From the NCBI RefSeq assembly GCF_006345805.1, contig NC_042997.1:158720001-158784000 (forward strand): a DNA stretch of 64,000 nt, in the 5' to 3' direction. Under the pieces are notes generated by a model, which worked only from the letters and a program-made list of their open reading frames with translations, made no database searches and was not told the origin of the DNA. A program made the translations under genes and the position numbers. Positions 12,747 to 27,239 of this stretch are shown in pieces (positions within the stretch are counted from its first letter, which is position 1; the number at the start of each line of letters is the position of its first letter). This stretch comes from Octopus sinensis (Eukaryota).

Positions 12747-13189
12747 CCCTTGTTTATCTGGGTTCCGATTATGAATCACTTAAATGTTGAATTTTACTCC
12801 CCCGACCCGACGAGGTGAATCTATGGAAGAGAAACATTGTACTGTATGTCACTTATGCCAAAAAAAAAAACGTAAAGGAGCATGTGGCAAGCTTCTGGAG
12901 ACTATTGATTACAGTATTGCTTTCTGTATTCAGTGAGGTCTTTCTGACTTCATCAAATGATATAAACAACATCAAATATTTTCGTTCTCCAAGATTTTAC
13001 CTCCCGTGCTTTTCTTACGTTTGTAGTTGTTGCTTTTATTTTTCTTCACTAGATGATATTATTTGAGTAATAAGCAACTGCCACAAAGTAAACATGAAAT
13101 ATTGATAAACATATTCTACGTGCAAGTTTGAATTCTTTCCATATGGATTTTGCCACCTTACTTTGTAAAGCGTATAAATATTACTCAAC

Positions 13190-13410
13190 TACGATGACGT
13201 TCTGAAAAGTTCTTGGCTTTAGGTAACAGAAAATGCAGCAGCACCAGCTACTAATGATTTTATTCAACATATTCCCCTCTCAGATTCACGCACTTGTTGC
13301 GGCGGTCCTTCAGATTTTCTAAACCCTGTAAAAGAACTCGGAAGTTTGAACCTCCAGCCAGGGCTTTAAGTTCCTTAAAGCCAGGAACTTTTCAGCACCC
13401 ATTTTGCGTA
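13190..13410. mobile_element. Mariner-type MITE
   Basis: Imperfect TIRs TACGATGACGTTCTGAAAAGTTCTTGGCTTTA / TAAAGCCAGGAACTTTTCAGCACCCATTTTGCGTA; TA at both ends; no ORF. Confidence 0.7.
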
Positions 13411-15289
13411 TAAATAATACATATACACATTTTCGAGGTAGCAGATTTTCACTTCTTAATAGCCCTGGGTTCGTGTGCTTCGTTATAGTAGAAGTATTCA
13501 AACAACAAATGCAACATAAACGAAACATTTCACTAGCACAAAAGAGATTAGAAGTATAGGAATAGAATACGGCTTTAATATTCACCGTTAAATTCCAGAA
13601 TTAGGAACCAGAATTTAATTTATTCCGGTTATTGCCTTGAAAATACTAGGGTTTTCACTTCACCTCGTTTTCTCTTTTAATGTAAATTTAAAGTTTTGTA
13701 TCTAAGCAACGAATAATTTGTCTACTTTCCATGAACTCCTGGTGATTAAAATCTGTTAAACATTCTTGGTTTCTCTTTGAAACCATTCCGTTTCACTTAT
13801 TCCGTTGATTCCCTCGGGGATGACAACAACATTACCATCTCCCATATGCTATAACCTATAATATATAGTGAAAAGAAACCATTATTTAATTATATTGGAT
13901 AGAGCTCACTGTGTTGCTTAAATTGATAGAGAATTTTGTCTGTGTTCATTTGCAATTCTCCAGTGAAAGGTCTTCTCATATTTTGCTAATGGCCTTCTAT
14001 GCAATATTATCTACTTGTAATTTATGCCTATTGAATAAATGCTTATTTTTGCAATGAATTTATGATAACATGCTTCACAAAGCTTTGAAAACAAGAATTT
14101 AATGATGTGGTATCTAAAATTTAATGATTGAAGATTTAAACATAAAATTTTTAATGAAATATCTCTGACGTTGTATACAAGAGGGCATCATCATGAAACT
14201 AAGTTGTTTTGTCAGTTAAGAAAAGTCACTTTTAATAAGAGTGAGAGATGGTGACTCATTTTCATTAATATAGATCTCAATTTTGAATAGTAAACATATA
14301 TATCTATCTAGGTACAAATGATGAACATACTTTTGCGAAACTTCAAATCGCGCTAAATTATACTGCAAAATTAGTCAAATACACGGTAGTTTTGGGACTC
14401 TACTGACACTAGGTTTTTACAATTGGTACATTTGCAGAGTGATTTTGAGTGAACTGAAGAGAAGTTGGGTTATATAGCTTTAGCATGACCGGGACCTTAA
14501 TATCGTCGGTGAAATACAAACACCAGGCTTGGAGACAAACATTTTCTTCCGGTCTTCGACGAAGAGTTTGGTAATAAGTACATCAATTTAGGTTTCTCTA
14601 AGTTGTGGAAATGCGATATTTTAAGGGTTCTGCACATTTCAGATTATTTTAGAATGCTATATTGAGGGAACATTTCTAGGAAGATGATTCAGGAAAAATT
14701 CATTTTAAAATAAGTTTGAGTAAATTGGGCTTGGCATATAAGCAACAAGAAATAGGATGAGAATAAAACGTGTATGGTACATATGAATCTCTGTACCTTA
14801 AGCTTCTGAAACTGTTTTCATAAATTATATTTCTTTAAACGTCCGACATGAGGTTGGGATAATGATATAACATTCTTAGATATTGACCCATCTTCAACTA
14901 ATATACTTATACTACATCAGTTTACGTCAGTTTGATCGCCAAACGTCATCAAATGTATTATTTCTGGACATAGGCATGGTTTCATGATTAGATTTAAACT
15001 ACATTAATCAGATAAGTAGTATACTTTTCACTTGCCGGTAACCCAATCAATAAGTTCAGCACTGATACCAATATAGCTGTCGTTAGTGAAAGGTAACTTC
15101 AAATTACAACAATAACTATATAGAGGAGATAGCGGATTGCCACATTTAGATTAGAATTAACGTTCTCATTTCGTATCAAACCTTCTATTATATATAAATA
15201 TATATATATGTGTGTGTGTATATTAGCAGAGGCACCCAGCATTGCTCGGGAATGAAATTGTTCCTTATATATCGAATGAAAAAAGCATA

Positions 15290-16290
15290 TTCATTCACAA
15301 ATGCAGCCAAGTCTGTAATGTCATAATTTGTCTCTCTTGCTATGTCCCTTAAAGATAAACCACTAATATGGCGGTTTGTTTTTGGCAGTCCAGAATCAGA
15401 CTCTAGCAAATTTTTGCCTCCCATGGCCAAAACTTGATCCTCAATTTCAATCAGTGCTTGGTTAAAAATTGTTTCAGAGAATGGAATATTGATATCTGGG
15501 TTTGCCTGTTGAACTGCATGCTTTAAGTCCTCAGCCATGTCCTCACGATGTTTCATTCAAAGCTGTAAGGGACTGCCAAGTCCCCTACATATTCAGTATA
15601 ATTGCAAGAATGTTACGGATTCCTTTGGAGAATCTGGTACTGATGCCTCAGTCAATGCAAGGTCCCAATGCTCACCATTTTCTAAAGAAAAAGACCTTGT
15701 TGATAGCATGCTTTCCTATAAATTTCATATTTAACCTCCTCGAATCTTGGAATGATATGGGACCACGTACTTCATGCAAAACGAGCCGTAAGTAGTAGCA
15801 TTCTGCTTGGCTTACAGGGATACTGTAAACTTTTGCAAGATCGTCAGCCGCACGTTTCCTGTTGTGCCATTTATTGTTTCTCCAGGTATAATATTTGGCT
15901 AATTGTGGGTAAAGGAGTTTTCTTGCATCTTCATCTGCTTCACGCAACTTAACAAAGGCAGTAAGAGTAGTTTCTTATTGAGAATGTACTTGTTGCATGG
16001 CTGTTTGATTTGTAAAGATAATCCTTTGGTCATTGTTTAGATGGACACAGATGAATGATGGCTGGTTGCCTCTCATGAATGGGAAAATTGAAGATACGCC
16101 AAAATGCCTCATTGGTACTGATGTAACTTCCTCTGTCATACTGTGCATCTTCGTCATTTTTACTTATCTGCTCACTGCCATTCTGCATTAGAGTGTATGT
16201 AAAATAGTGTATGCATCTAAACCTGTGTTTATACATTTGCAAACATACTTAACAGAGATGCAGGATTCAACATTGACTCTGGCTACCTGT
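15290..16290 (-). pseudogene. Helitron Rep/Helicase fragment (end of Rep plus Rep-helicase linker), frameshifted
   Basis: Consecutive minus-strand frames: NVESCISVKYVCK; YISTNEAFWRIFNFPIHERQP; HLNNDQRIIFT; LLYPQLAKYYTW...ECYYLRLVLHEVRGPISF; FNQALIEIEDQVLAMGGK...RETNYD. These are characteristic Helitron RepHel motifs. Confidence 0.85.
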
Positions 16291-16602
16291 ACTTGTCTTT
16301 GCTTCACTGTAGAATACTAATCATTTACATCTACCCTGAGTACTCTTGCAGAGAGTGAGAACATTGTTCCCGGAAACATTTTTGAAAATTAAAATGGAGA
16401 TTAAATGGAAAAAAGGAGTTACGTGAATATCTTCGCACACACACACACACACACACTGTATCAAATATTGGATGAAATGGGCGTGCGTGAGAGAGATGAG
16501 AGCTGTGTTGTAATGTATACGCACATACATAAATAATATGCATACATCTTTTTTGTACATATATATATCTATATATATATAATATATATGTATGTATATA
16601 TA

Positions 16603-16666
<64 letters not shown>

Positions 16667-17404
16667 ATATATATATATGCATGTGTTTGAGTGGTGTGTG
16701 AGAGAGAGAGTAAATACCACTTAGTAATCATTCTCTTTCGTCTCCTACACGCATACATACAAAAATATATGCTTATGTATTTATGTATGTACGTATACAT
16801 GACAACACACTCCTTGACTGACTGACTCTCTCTCTATCACTCCTCACACACACACAAATACACACACATACATAAATATATACAAACGTACATACAAAAA
16901 CACACGTGTGCATGTATGACTTGTGTGTGGTGAGAGAGAAGGAGAGAGAGAGAGAACATTGCAAGCAATGGATTAAATAAACTTGAAATGGAAACAATTG
17001 TCTAAATAAAAGCTCGTTAAAAGCTGTCTTGTACCGAATATTTAAATATGTGAACTTAGTTAATATTTCTTTCAGTAATTTATCGTAGCTGTTTGCGATT
17101 GGCGAATTAAAACTTGAAAAGAAAGCATTAAAATAGTGACTGAGAGATTTTGCAAATGAAAACGGAAACTTTCGCCGTTGCTACGTCCATATCGGAAGTT
17201 GACATTGAGAAACCTTTTTAAAGAAGTGAATCATATATAGAAAGCAATATTATTTATTTTTAATAGAAAAATAAATTAAATACCCTATTAGGTATCTGAA
17301 GTTGAATTATTCATGTATCCCAAGTATGGAAGCAAATCACGCAGCCGTTTTCTCGTGAAAAACGAATACACACAGACAGGTCTATTTTATATAAGAAGAT
17401 ATAT

Positions 17405-17472
<68 letters not shown>

Positions 17473-18366
17473 TGTAGATCGAAAATATTGTAAGCATATA
17501 CATAAATATTTTAAATACACTCACTAAACTCGAGTTGAATAGACGAGAAAATTATAAATTTGAAATATAAAACTTCATCTGTGCATATTTCTATATTAAT
17601 ACAGAGACACGTACGTGTGAAATATTTGGCAAACCTTTATGTTAATTAAATGAACACACGACAAAAAAAATTCCTCTCCCAGACATTCTCATTGGTGATT
17701 AGTTTATTTACAGTCGTTGGAAAACTTTTATTTTTCTTTATCATTATCACCAGAACATGAAATCTTCAATTGTGACCCGGTAACCTTATAAGTTTAAGCA
17801 AATAGTTTATTTTCGTATTGATTTTCCTACAAAGCCTCAAAACATCTGAATCATAGATAAAGAGAAATGATATTTTGAAGTCTGAGAGGTTATGATAATG
17901 TTTTCCTTGCTATAGAGTCGCATGAAAATGTCCATAGATTTTGCAAGGATACTCCCACTGGTTAGATCAATATATCTGCAATTCAATTTTAATTTTTACG
18001 GCTGGTTGCAGAAAATGTGTGGGATGTAATACTTGACAGGGAAAATAAGGCAAACTGTTTAACATGAAATGGACGTGGTGATATACCGAGGCAAACATGC
18101 TGTTTTTATTGTTGTTGTTGTTGTTGTTTATGTGGTGGTTGTTGCAGTATCTGTCACGATTGAACAGTGCAACGATGAAAGTTGTTTCAGCCAAGCCTAT
18201 CACAATCTTTCAAAGGCGCAGTGAAATCAGAATAACAGTTCCCATTGTGGTCATTTTTATTAGAATATAGGATTTTAATTCTCGCCGGTTAAACGGCTAT
18301 CAGGACGCTCCCTCTTTACTTCCGGCCCCTTCAGCAGGGAATATGCATAGAAAATAAATCTCTTTA

Positions 18367-18397
<31 letters not shown>

Positions 18398-18506
18398 AGA
18401 TAATAATAATGGAATTATTGTATACAGTGCTCAGGTGCACCACAACTTGTCAGAGTAAATGCAGTAATGCACAAATGTCTGGAAAGCGAACAGTGTATGA
18501 GTCAGA

Positions 18507-18918
18507 TACTCTTTACTTGTTTCAGTCATGTGACTGTGGCCATGCTGGAGCACCGCCTTTTTGTCGAGCAAATCGACCCCAGGACTTATTCTTTGTAAGC
18601 CTAGTTCTTACTCTATCGGTCACTTTCGCCGAACCGCTAAGTTACGGGGACGTAAACACATCAGCATCGGTTGTCAAGCGATGTTGGGGGGACAAACACA
18701 GACACACAAACATATACACACACATATATATATTTATATATATACACATATATACGACGAGCTTCTTTCAGTTTCCGTCAACCAAATCCGCTCACAAGGC
18801 TTTGGTAGACCCGAGGCTATAGTAGAAGACACTAGCGCAAGGTGTCACGCAGTGGGACTGAACCCGGAACCAGGTGGTTCGTAAGCAAGCTACTTAGCAC
18901 AAAGCCACTCCTGCGCCT
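18507..18918 (-). mobile_element. OR1-like tRNA-derived SINE, full length
   Basis: Minus strand AGGCGCAGGAGTGGCTTTGTGCTAAGTAGC...GGTTCCGGGTTCAGTCCCACTGCG (B-box-like), central TA/TG tract, 3' GGCGGTGCTCCAGCATGGCCACAGTCACATGACTGAAACAAGTAAAGAG; multiple homologues in window. Confidence 0.9.
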
Positions 18919-19479
18919 ATTTATTTAATAGACCAGACCGTAAAATTCATAAATATTTAACAACAACTGTAGATTAAGAGGTATTAATGCCTTTCTTAAG
19001 TGTAGTAGGGACAGAAAAGTTTCTCACTGTAATAAGTGAGAAGAATCGCTTTGGGCTTCCACCTACAAGAAATTGCTGCGAAATGTTCGTCAAATCATGT
19101 TTACAGCATAAAAAGGATGTTGGATTATGCAGACCTAGACAGGACTAGTCATTGCTAAAATTATCGGACAAGGGTTATTACCTCAGGATAATCAACACCA
19201 TCTGGAAGCAACTGAACAGAATTTTATAACAATGTGAAGCTAACAAAAGTTAAGGGAGGTAACTCAGCAATATAAACGCGTGAATATGACTAAATAAATT
19301 ACATTACTTACATCTGTCTGCCCCCTCTCCCTCTCACTTACTTCCTGCTTCTTCTTTCCTCCCTCTCTCTTCATTTCACTATCCTCTCACTTTCTCCCTC
19401 GCTCTCTTTCTCCCTCTCCCCATCGCTGACTGCATATTTTATAAGTATGCGTTTAGCATATGTACGTATATGTCTTGTG

Positions 19480-19943
19480 TGTTTATGTGGTATATATATA
19501 TGTATATTATGGTTTTTAAGTGTGTGTAGGTGTGCGTGCTTGTGTATATATAAATATGACATATATGTTTATTATGCATATAAGAGTGTGTGCATGTGGT
19601 TGCATATACATACATACATACATACAGACGGGCAGCCGGACAAGCAGACGGACGGAGAGGCAAACAGCCATACAGACAGTCAGACAGACAGACAGACAGA
19701 TAGATACTTAAAACATGTATATGTGTATGTCTGCACGCACCTGTTTATATTTAATGACAATAAACACACATTTATGTGTGTGTGTTTTGGGTGGGTGGTT
19801 GTTTGTGTGTGTGTGTGTGTGTGCGTGTGTGCGCACGTGTGTGAGTCTGTATGTGTGAGTGCGCGTGTGAGTAGGTATGTTTGCACATGCTTATATATAG
19901 ATGTATATTCGTATATATGCGTGTGCGTGTGTCTGTGGACATA

Positions 19944-19992
<49 letters not shown>

Positions 19993-21545
19993 GTGTATGT
20001 ATATATATATATATATGTGTGTGCATGCATATATATATGCATATATATATATACATATATATATGCATGCACATATACATATATTTATGCTCATGTTTGT
20101 GGGGATGAGTAAGTGTATATATTAATCTATATACGATATGTATACACACGGACACATATATATATATGTGTGTGTGTGTGTGTAAGTATGTACGTATATG
20201 TGTATATATATATAATCCCTGTGTCCACTTCCTGTGAAATAGATTAATATTGAGGAAATGCTTTTATTTTGTATTTTTGTTTCACATTTCAATATAAATA
20301 TTGATTTATTGCACTGGCACAACGCCACATATATTTCTGGGATTAGGTGGCGTATATAATTGATCATATCGATTCCTAGACTTCTATGGTTCCATATTTT
20401 ATCATCCATCCCCTAGAAGTATGAAAGAAAAAGTTAACTTGGGCGGAGTTTGAACTTAATAATGCAGTACAATTATTAATGCACTACTTTTTGGCGCAAG
20501 TGGTAGAGCTGTGAACAATATTCCTTTAAAGGTAGTCATATTTCCATTCAAGTTCTGAGTTCGATTCTTACTTAACTTAACCTGCATTTATTTATACCAC
20601 GCTTGGTAAATAAATGCTAATGAAATATATGTTTTTCATGTGAATTTATTAGAAATTAATAGGTTTTCCCCCCGTTTTTTTTTATTGCTTTGTTAATGCA
20701 CTTTTCCAAACACACGAATATGTTGATGCTACGTATCTTTTCTTTGTTGTTGTTTCTCTTTTGTGAAATTAGTTTTAGCTTCTGTGTTAGCCGTCATTCA
20801 ACACACATTTTCTCTTTCAGCATATAATGTATTTTGTATTAAAATGAATTTAAGTTGCGTACGCGTGTGTGCGTTTGTATATACAAACATACTTACATGG
20901 TATTATGTATGCATGAATGTATGTATGTATGTACTATGTATGTATGCATGCATATATATATATATACATATATATATATGAATACATACATATATATATA
21001 TATACATATATATATGTATATATATACATATATATATAAATACATATACAAACACACTCATGCATACATATATATATAATTTACACACTTGCATATAGTT
21101 GTGCGTAAGTTTATATATGTATATGTCCACCTACATTTATGCGTGCATAATTATGTGTGTCTGTGTGTGCGTGCACATATTTACAAGCATGTCTATGTAT
21201 ATATGTATGCATGCATTCGTGCATATATATGTATATATATATATATAGATATATACGCATGCGTACATATATGCATACATAAACTTGCTTATGTGCAAGC
21301 ACACACACACACATATAATTATGCACACATATATGTAGGTGAATATATACATATATACACATGCGCACACCTACATACATGCGTGTAAATTATATATGCA
21401 TGTATGTATGAGTGAGTGTGTTTGTATATGTGTGTGTATGTTTATGTATGCTTGCATACACATATGCATATGTATGCATGTATATCTATGCATCTACATA
21501 TGTATATACCTATATGCATGCTTATATATATATATATATATATAC
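19480..21545. repeat. Compound TA/TG/CA/TATG microsatellite mosaic
   Basis: Interleaved di- and tetranucleotide runs; explains the YI/CV/HT ORFs here. Confidence 0.85.
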
Positions 21546-23016
21546 GCGCAACTATTGAAAATAATTCTAAGTTCACTGCGTACACAACCCTCTTTGAAAC
21601 GTTTTTCTTGCATTTCTCTTACGTTATCACCAGCCTCTTTTCATTTCCTTCGCATCTCTGTCATTGCCGTCGCTTCTTATTTCTCTCTCATTTTCTTTAT
21701 TCTTATCTCTATTCCTTTATTTCTGTCTCGCTTCTCCTCTCTTTTATTTCATTTTGTCTATTATCTTTCCCTCTCTCTCTTCTACAACATCACTATATCA
21801 AACAAGTGCGCTACTAATAAGATCTCACTAATACTGACTTGAACAACCGCCGCTTATTCTTCTTGTAGCTCTCCTTCTCTCTAGCAAACTGTTTACCTTT
21901 TTAAAAATTCCCCCTCGTCTTCCTCGTATTATTCTCTCACCCCTCTCTCTCCACTCTCTTTTGCTCTCGCTTCTATTTGTCTCTCCACTCTTCCTTTCCT
22001 TCACTCTCTGTATCTCTCCCTCTCTCTATCACATTATGATTGTTACCGGAATCGGTGCATCTCAAATATATTTGAAGGAATTTATTTAAACAACCAATTT
22101 CTACCTTTAACTATTACCTTTGCATAAATATCAACGCGATAAAATACAATTTATTTATATCTAAACGCCTGTAAGATACATAAACAAAGCCTTGAACGCC
22201 TACACAAGTACGCACTCGCAAATGTATACACAGATAAATTTATACATATACATATAATTATACATACGCACACACATGTATGTGCATACGCATCTAGATG
22301 CAGACATACAAACTATCAACTGATGCACACATATGCGTGCACAATTACAACGCACTATCTCACACACAGGTGCATGCACATGCAAATATATCGATGCACG
22401 AGTAAATTTCTGTATGTTTAAATATCTCCGCACGATTTTTCTGTGTTGCATTTCCCCCGTATTCACATATGCATCATTGAATCCTAATGTTTAGCAAAAT
22501 AGGTGTGCATGTGGTTGTTGCGCTTACTACACACGTGAATATAATTCGTTAAGAACTGTGCGAAAGAGAAAACAAATTATTACTTTTAAGAATCGAAAGT
22601 GTAAATATTCCGAAGTCTATGGAGAACGACCAGCATCATTGTAAGTTGAAAGCATTTCTATATATATATATTTATTCATGATTAGAAACAAATATTTGCT
22701 GTTGCTGTTGTTGTTGTTGTTGTTGTTGTTATTGGGGTTTACCTTAAATTATGTTAGCGGGATTGTTCCGCTATTTGGGATTTTGTTGTTGTTGTTGTTG
22801 AAATATTTTCAGCGGTGGATGCAATGGGGGCGTGCAGAAGAGTTTCATTCTATATATTTTGTCGTAACGTTTTTATTTATTAATCTATTTATTTATTTAT
22901 ATATTGTTTTTGCTGATTTCCTTATAATCGATGGAAAAGGTGTTCATGGGTATTGTCTTATGTTTGCCACTTTAAACAGTCTTCAACGATTCGGTCCCTT
23001 GTATCTTAATCATTAA

Positions 23017-23049
<33 letters not shown>

Positions 23050-23050
<1 letters not shown>

Positions 23051-23238
23051 GGCAGAATCGTTAGCACGCCGGGCAAAATGCTTAGCGGCATTTCGTTCGC
23101 TTTCGTATTCTGAGTTCAAATTCCGTCAAGGCCGACTTTTCTTTTCATCCTTTCGGGTAAGGGATCGATATAATCAACTTACCGCCTCCCACGAAATTGC
23201 TAGCCTTCTGTCAAATTTTCATAGCAATATTATTATTA

Positions 23239-23271
<33 letters not shown>

Positions 23272-23355
23272 GGCGACGCGCGGGCAGAATAGTTATCACA
23301 CCGGACAAAATACTTAGCGGCATTTCGTCCGTCTTTCAGGTCTTGTGCCAATAGT
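23050..23355 (+). mobile_element. Two OR2-like SINE copies separated by (TAT)n
   Basis: GGCAGAATCGTTAGCACGCCGGGCAAAATGCTTAGCGGCATTTCG...GAGTTCAAATTCCG (23050-23225) and a deleted copy (23270-23355). Confidence 0.8.
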
Positions 23356-23364
23356 AAAACATAA

Positions 23365-23575
23365 TTCTTCTTCTTCTTCTTCTTCTTCTTCTCTTCTTCT
23401 TCTTCTTCTTCTTCTTCTTCTTCTTCTTCTTCTTCTTCGCAACAGTTTAATGCGTGCTTCTACTGCACCACCAGGTGTATCTCATTGGTCCTGAGGTGTG
23501 TATAACAATTTCGTTTGATTTAATTGACGGTACCCGCCTCTTACCTTCGGCGGCCTTGAGAGGCTAAAAACAATT
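23365..23575 (-). mobile_element. Probable LINE 3' end with (GAA)n tail
   Basis: (CTT)n at 23365-23438 abuts ~130 nt of GC-richer unique sequence; family unassigned. Confidence 0.35.
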
Positions 23576-24567
23576 ATGCCAGACACAATAGTTGCTGTTA
23601 TTGGTGTCATTATTGTCTAGCACCAACGCAACTATAGTAGAGCAAACATCAAAGGGCTTATAGATTGTAGCCGTCATTTTTTTTAATTCTTTCATTTTTT
23701 TATTTATTTATTTATTTATTTATTTATTTGAAAATATCCAGATTTACATCATCCAGTGTCTCCTTTTTTTCCGGTTTTTAAGACATAGAGTTTGAAGTGA
23801 GGAATATGCGGCTGTTATTTCTGGCAGGTCGTGTTACTATGCAGATTTTCCTGAAGATGCAATGTTATTATTATAATCATTATTGTGATGTTCATTCCCA
23901 AACGGGGTCAACTGACTGTGCGTTTCAACAGTCCATGATTGATAAAATGATGACCAGACAAGGCGCAATGATTTCCAGTTAAGCAACCTTTAAGTTGTGA
24001 ATTGTTTTGAGAGTTTTACCCCTATTATATACTATACAGCCCCCTGTAATAAGAAGGAGGGGTCTCCAGAGTGTTCAGCCCTCTGCTTGCTTTCAATACT
24101 AATTGGTCATATTTTCACATCTCATTCGTCACTTATGCTTTTTCGTAAAACATGGGCCTCATACAACCACATTTGGCCTTGTGTATATGATGTCTAGTAC
24201 TTTGAAAGGTATTCAAGGGTTATAGATTGGTAGCACCTTTATGACACCTGGTAAAGTGACCAACGGTATTTGTGGTTTCTCATTATCGGTCTATTCTAAG
24301 TTTGAATTCTGTCTCATTTAATTTTTCTTCTCACAAGCAAAAGACCCCAGCATTGGCCGGGTGCACTGACATATCGACCCGGGTCGACATGATAGTGCAG
24401 CCGTCGAGTATGTGGGTCGATTGTATCTAATATTCCCTTTCCCCACAAAATTTCTTGTCTTATTCCTAAATCAGAAACCATTATTTTAACCGATCAATCC
24501 CTTCTCCGCAAATTTAGGGCATTGTTTCATTGTTAGAAACAAATTAGCATAATTATAAAGGTTGCTA

Positions 24568-24775
24568 GAGCGGCGAGCTGGTACAATCATTAGGACGCCG
24601 GATAAAATGTTCAGCGGTATTTCCCCCCTCTTTAGTTCAAATGCCGCCGCGGTCGACTATGCTCTTCATCCTCTCAGGGTCGATGAAATCAGTACTAGTG
24701 GAATATGGGGTTCGATGTAATCGATTAACGACTCCCAATAAAATTTCGTGCCTTGTGCGCATAGTATTAAGAAAA
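24568..24775 (+). mobile_element. OR2-like SINE, degenerate
   Basis: GCGGCGAGCTGGTACAATCATTAGGACGCCGG...GTTCAAATGCCGCCGCGGTCGAC...GGGTCGATGAAATCAGTAC. Confidence 0.75.
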
Positions 24776-25404
24776 TTGTTCGATTGCAAACAAGTTGGAG
24801 TTACAGCTAAGTATGGCTCTTAGCGTCCTGAGTTCAAATCACAACAAAATCGATTTTCACATCCCTCCTGAGTCGATAAAATAAAATAAAATACTAGTCA
24901 TAGACTGATGTCAGCCTAATATACTGCACACTTTCTGTGAGAAAAAAAAGTTATATTGATCCTAGGTCTAAAATCCTTATTGATAGTACTAAGCAGATGT
25001 GCATACATGTTTATGAGCACTACATGAACAACGTGCATTCAAATCTATCCGGGAATCTCGCATACTTTATCAGTTTCCTCTGCACCGATAAAATGCGTAT
25101 CAGTAATACCCAGCGATTGATTAGTAACACCAAAATTCACTTCTTTATTATGCTTTCTGCTTATTGATAGTCACGTTACAGAATGTTATAGTTACTAAAT
25201 TTATGTACGTATGCATGTACGTATATGTGTATGTATGAATGTTTGTATATATGTATGTATGTATGCATGTAACATACAAGTATTTATGCATGAATGTACG
25301 TATGTATATTTGTATGTATGTATGCATGCAGCATATATGTTTGTATTTATGTAAATATGTATCTCTCTACCTCACTCTCTAATCTATCTACGTGTCTATC
25401 CCTT

Positions 25405-25483
<79 letters not shown>

Positions 25484-26156
25484 ATATCAGCATCTGTAGC
25501 AACCGGCTGTCCTCTTTCTAAGGGTTGTTTCGCCAAGACACACCAGCTCCCTCTCTGTTGCGCTGCATGCGTACGATAGGACCGGCGCAAATGATTACAT
25601 ACACAACATTCATACACAACACACGTACGCATGCATAATATATCCATTTAGCTCCCACTGGCTGTTGAGGATTACAAGTTATGAAGCACAATGCTTTCGC
25701 TGATTGTTTTAGATGCCCGTATCGTCGCGTGTAAAGAGAGACACTCTTTGTGACATACCACGCGTGACCCTGATGAAAATCTTGGATGCGACAACTGGAG
25801 AAAATAGGGCATCGCTTCTATTGGGCATTAATATATTTAGAGTATGCTATATGTGCATACATATTAATGTTTCGTTGACAGTGACTTCGAAGTTATGCAC
25901 AGTATGCCGTTTATTCACGCAGCTTTAAAAAATCCTCTTATTCGGCAAAACCTGGCTGTCAATCTAATTATGTATTGAGCTCAACATTTGCATAATAGAC
26001 TTGTACTCAGCATGTACTCGTTAGGTTTATTTATATAAGAAGGAATTAAACACAGACACACATCTGTATATATGTGTCTAAGTATGCATGTATGTATGTA
26101 TGTATGTATGCATGTATGTATGTATGCATGCATGTGTGTATGTATGTATATATTTA

Positions 26157-26285
26157 GGAGCAGGCGTAGGTGTGGCGTAAGAAGCTTGCTTCCCAACCAC
26201 GTGTCCTCGGGTTCGGTCCCACTGTGTCTTCCACTATAGTTCCGGCCCAACCAAAACCTCGTCAATGGATTTGCCAGACGGAAGA
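26157..26285 (+). mobile_element. OR1-like SINE, 5' fragment
   Basis: GGCGTAAGAAGCTTGCTTCCCAACCACGTGTCCTCGGGTTCGGTCCCACTG head. Confidence 0.75.
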
Positions 26286-26814
26286 ATGCTTTTGAGAGTG
26301 ACTTCAAAGTTTCAGCTACTAAAGTCAACCCTGGATTGCAGTCCAAGGATGGCTTACATTCTTGTATAAGAATAATAAATCTGGACTCCACAAGAGATTA
26401 AATTATAAAGTAACCTATCAGATTCATGTAAAATTGTTTTATAACTAAACGTATAAACAAATATAAATACAAACACACACACACAAACACAAACAAACAA
26501 ACAAACATACGCGTCTTTTAATAAGATTATCAAGTGTGTGGCAGAATATAGGAACCGATTCCAACCCCTTTCATCTTCAAATCCCTCCAGCAGAGAGTCG
26601 GTGGTCAAAATGCTTTGCGCTGTTGGATTTTATTTCTTTAACTTTCTGTTTAAGCTTTAACGGGACTCAACCAGATATCGACCCGCTGTGAGAATGGATG
26701 CGATACTAGCTAGAAGAAGTAACAGTAATATACTGTTTCAAAATTTATCAAGGGTTTACATTAAATGTGTAAAACTGGACCTTTGCTAGAAATAATTGTA
26801 CTTAACTTTGATTT

Positions 26815-27006
26815 CAAATTTTGGCGCAAGATCAACAATTTCGGAGGAAGGGCGTTCTATTACATCGACCCCAATACTCAACTGGCTCTAATTTTATCGA
26901 TCCCGAAAGGATTATGGCAAAGCCGACTTCGACGGAATTTGAACACAGAAGGTGAAGGCTAAGCATTTTACCTGGCATTCTAACGATTCTGCCAGCTCAC
27001 CACCTT
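26815..27006 (-). mobile_element. OR2-like SINE, short-tail variant
   Basis: Reverse complement of head GGTGAGCTGGCAGAATCGTTAG and of core GCC...TCCTTTCGGGATCGATAAAAT. Confidence 0.8.
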
Positions 27007-27239
27007 AATTGTATCAACTATCAATTAATAATTATAAAAATAAAGATAGGTGTGTGTTGTTGATTCCAGTGTTCTCTATTGACTTCTATATACGGGTTGT
27101 ATTTAGTGTTATTATTATGTGTTTTAAGTTCAAATCTAACGGGACGTTCGGCGATGTTTACTGACCTCAAGATTCACTAAATCAATACTGTACCCATGTT
27201 ATGTTATCGCTGTTATGTACCCATGCCGTTATCGTTGTT

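Noticed and set aside
19439-21842. Dense cluster of overlapping ORFs
   Set aside because: Compound microsatellite translations.
25768-25810. CTGATGA...GAAA as a hammerhead
   Set aside because: No stem II or stem III pairing.
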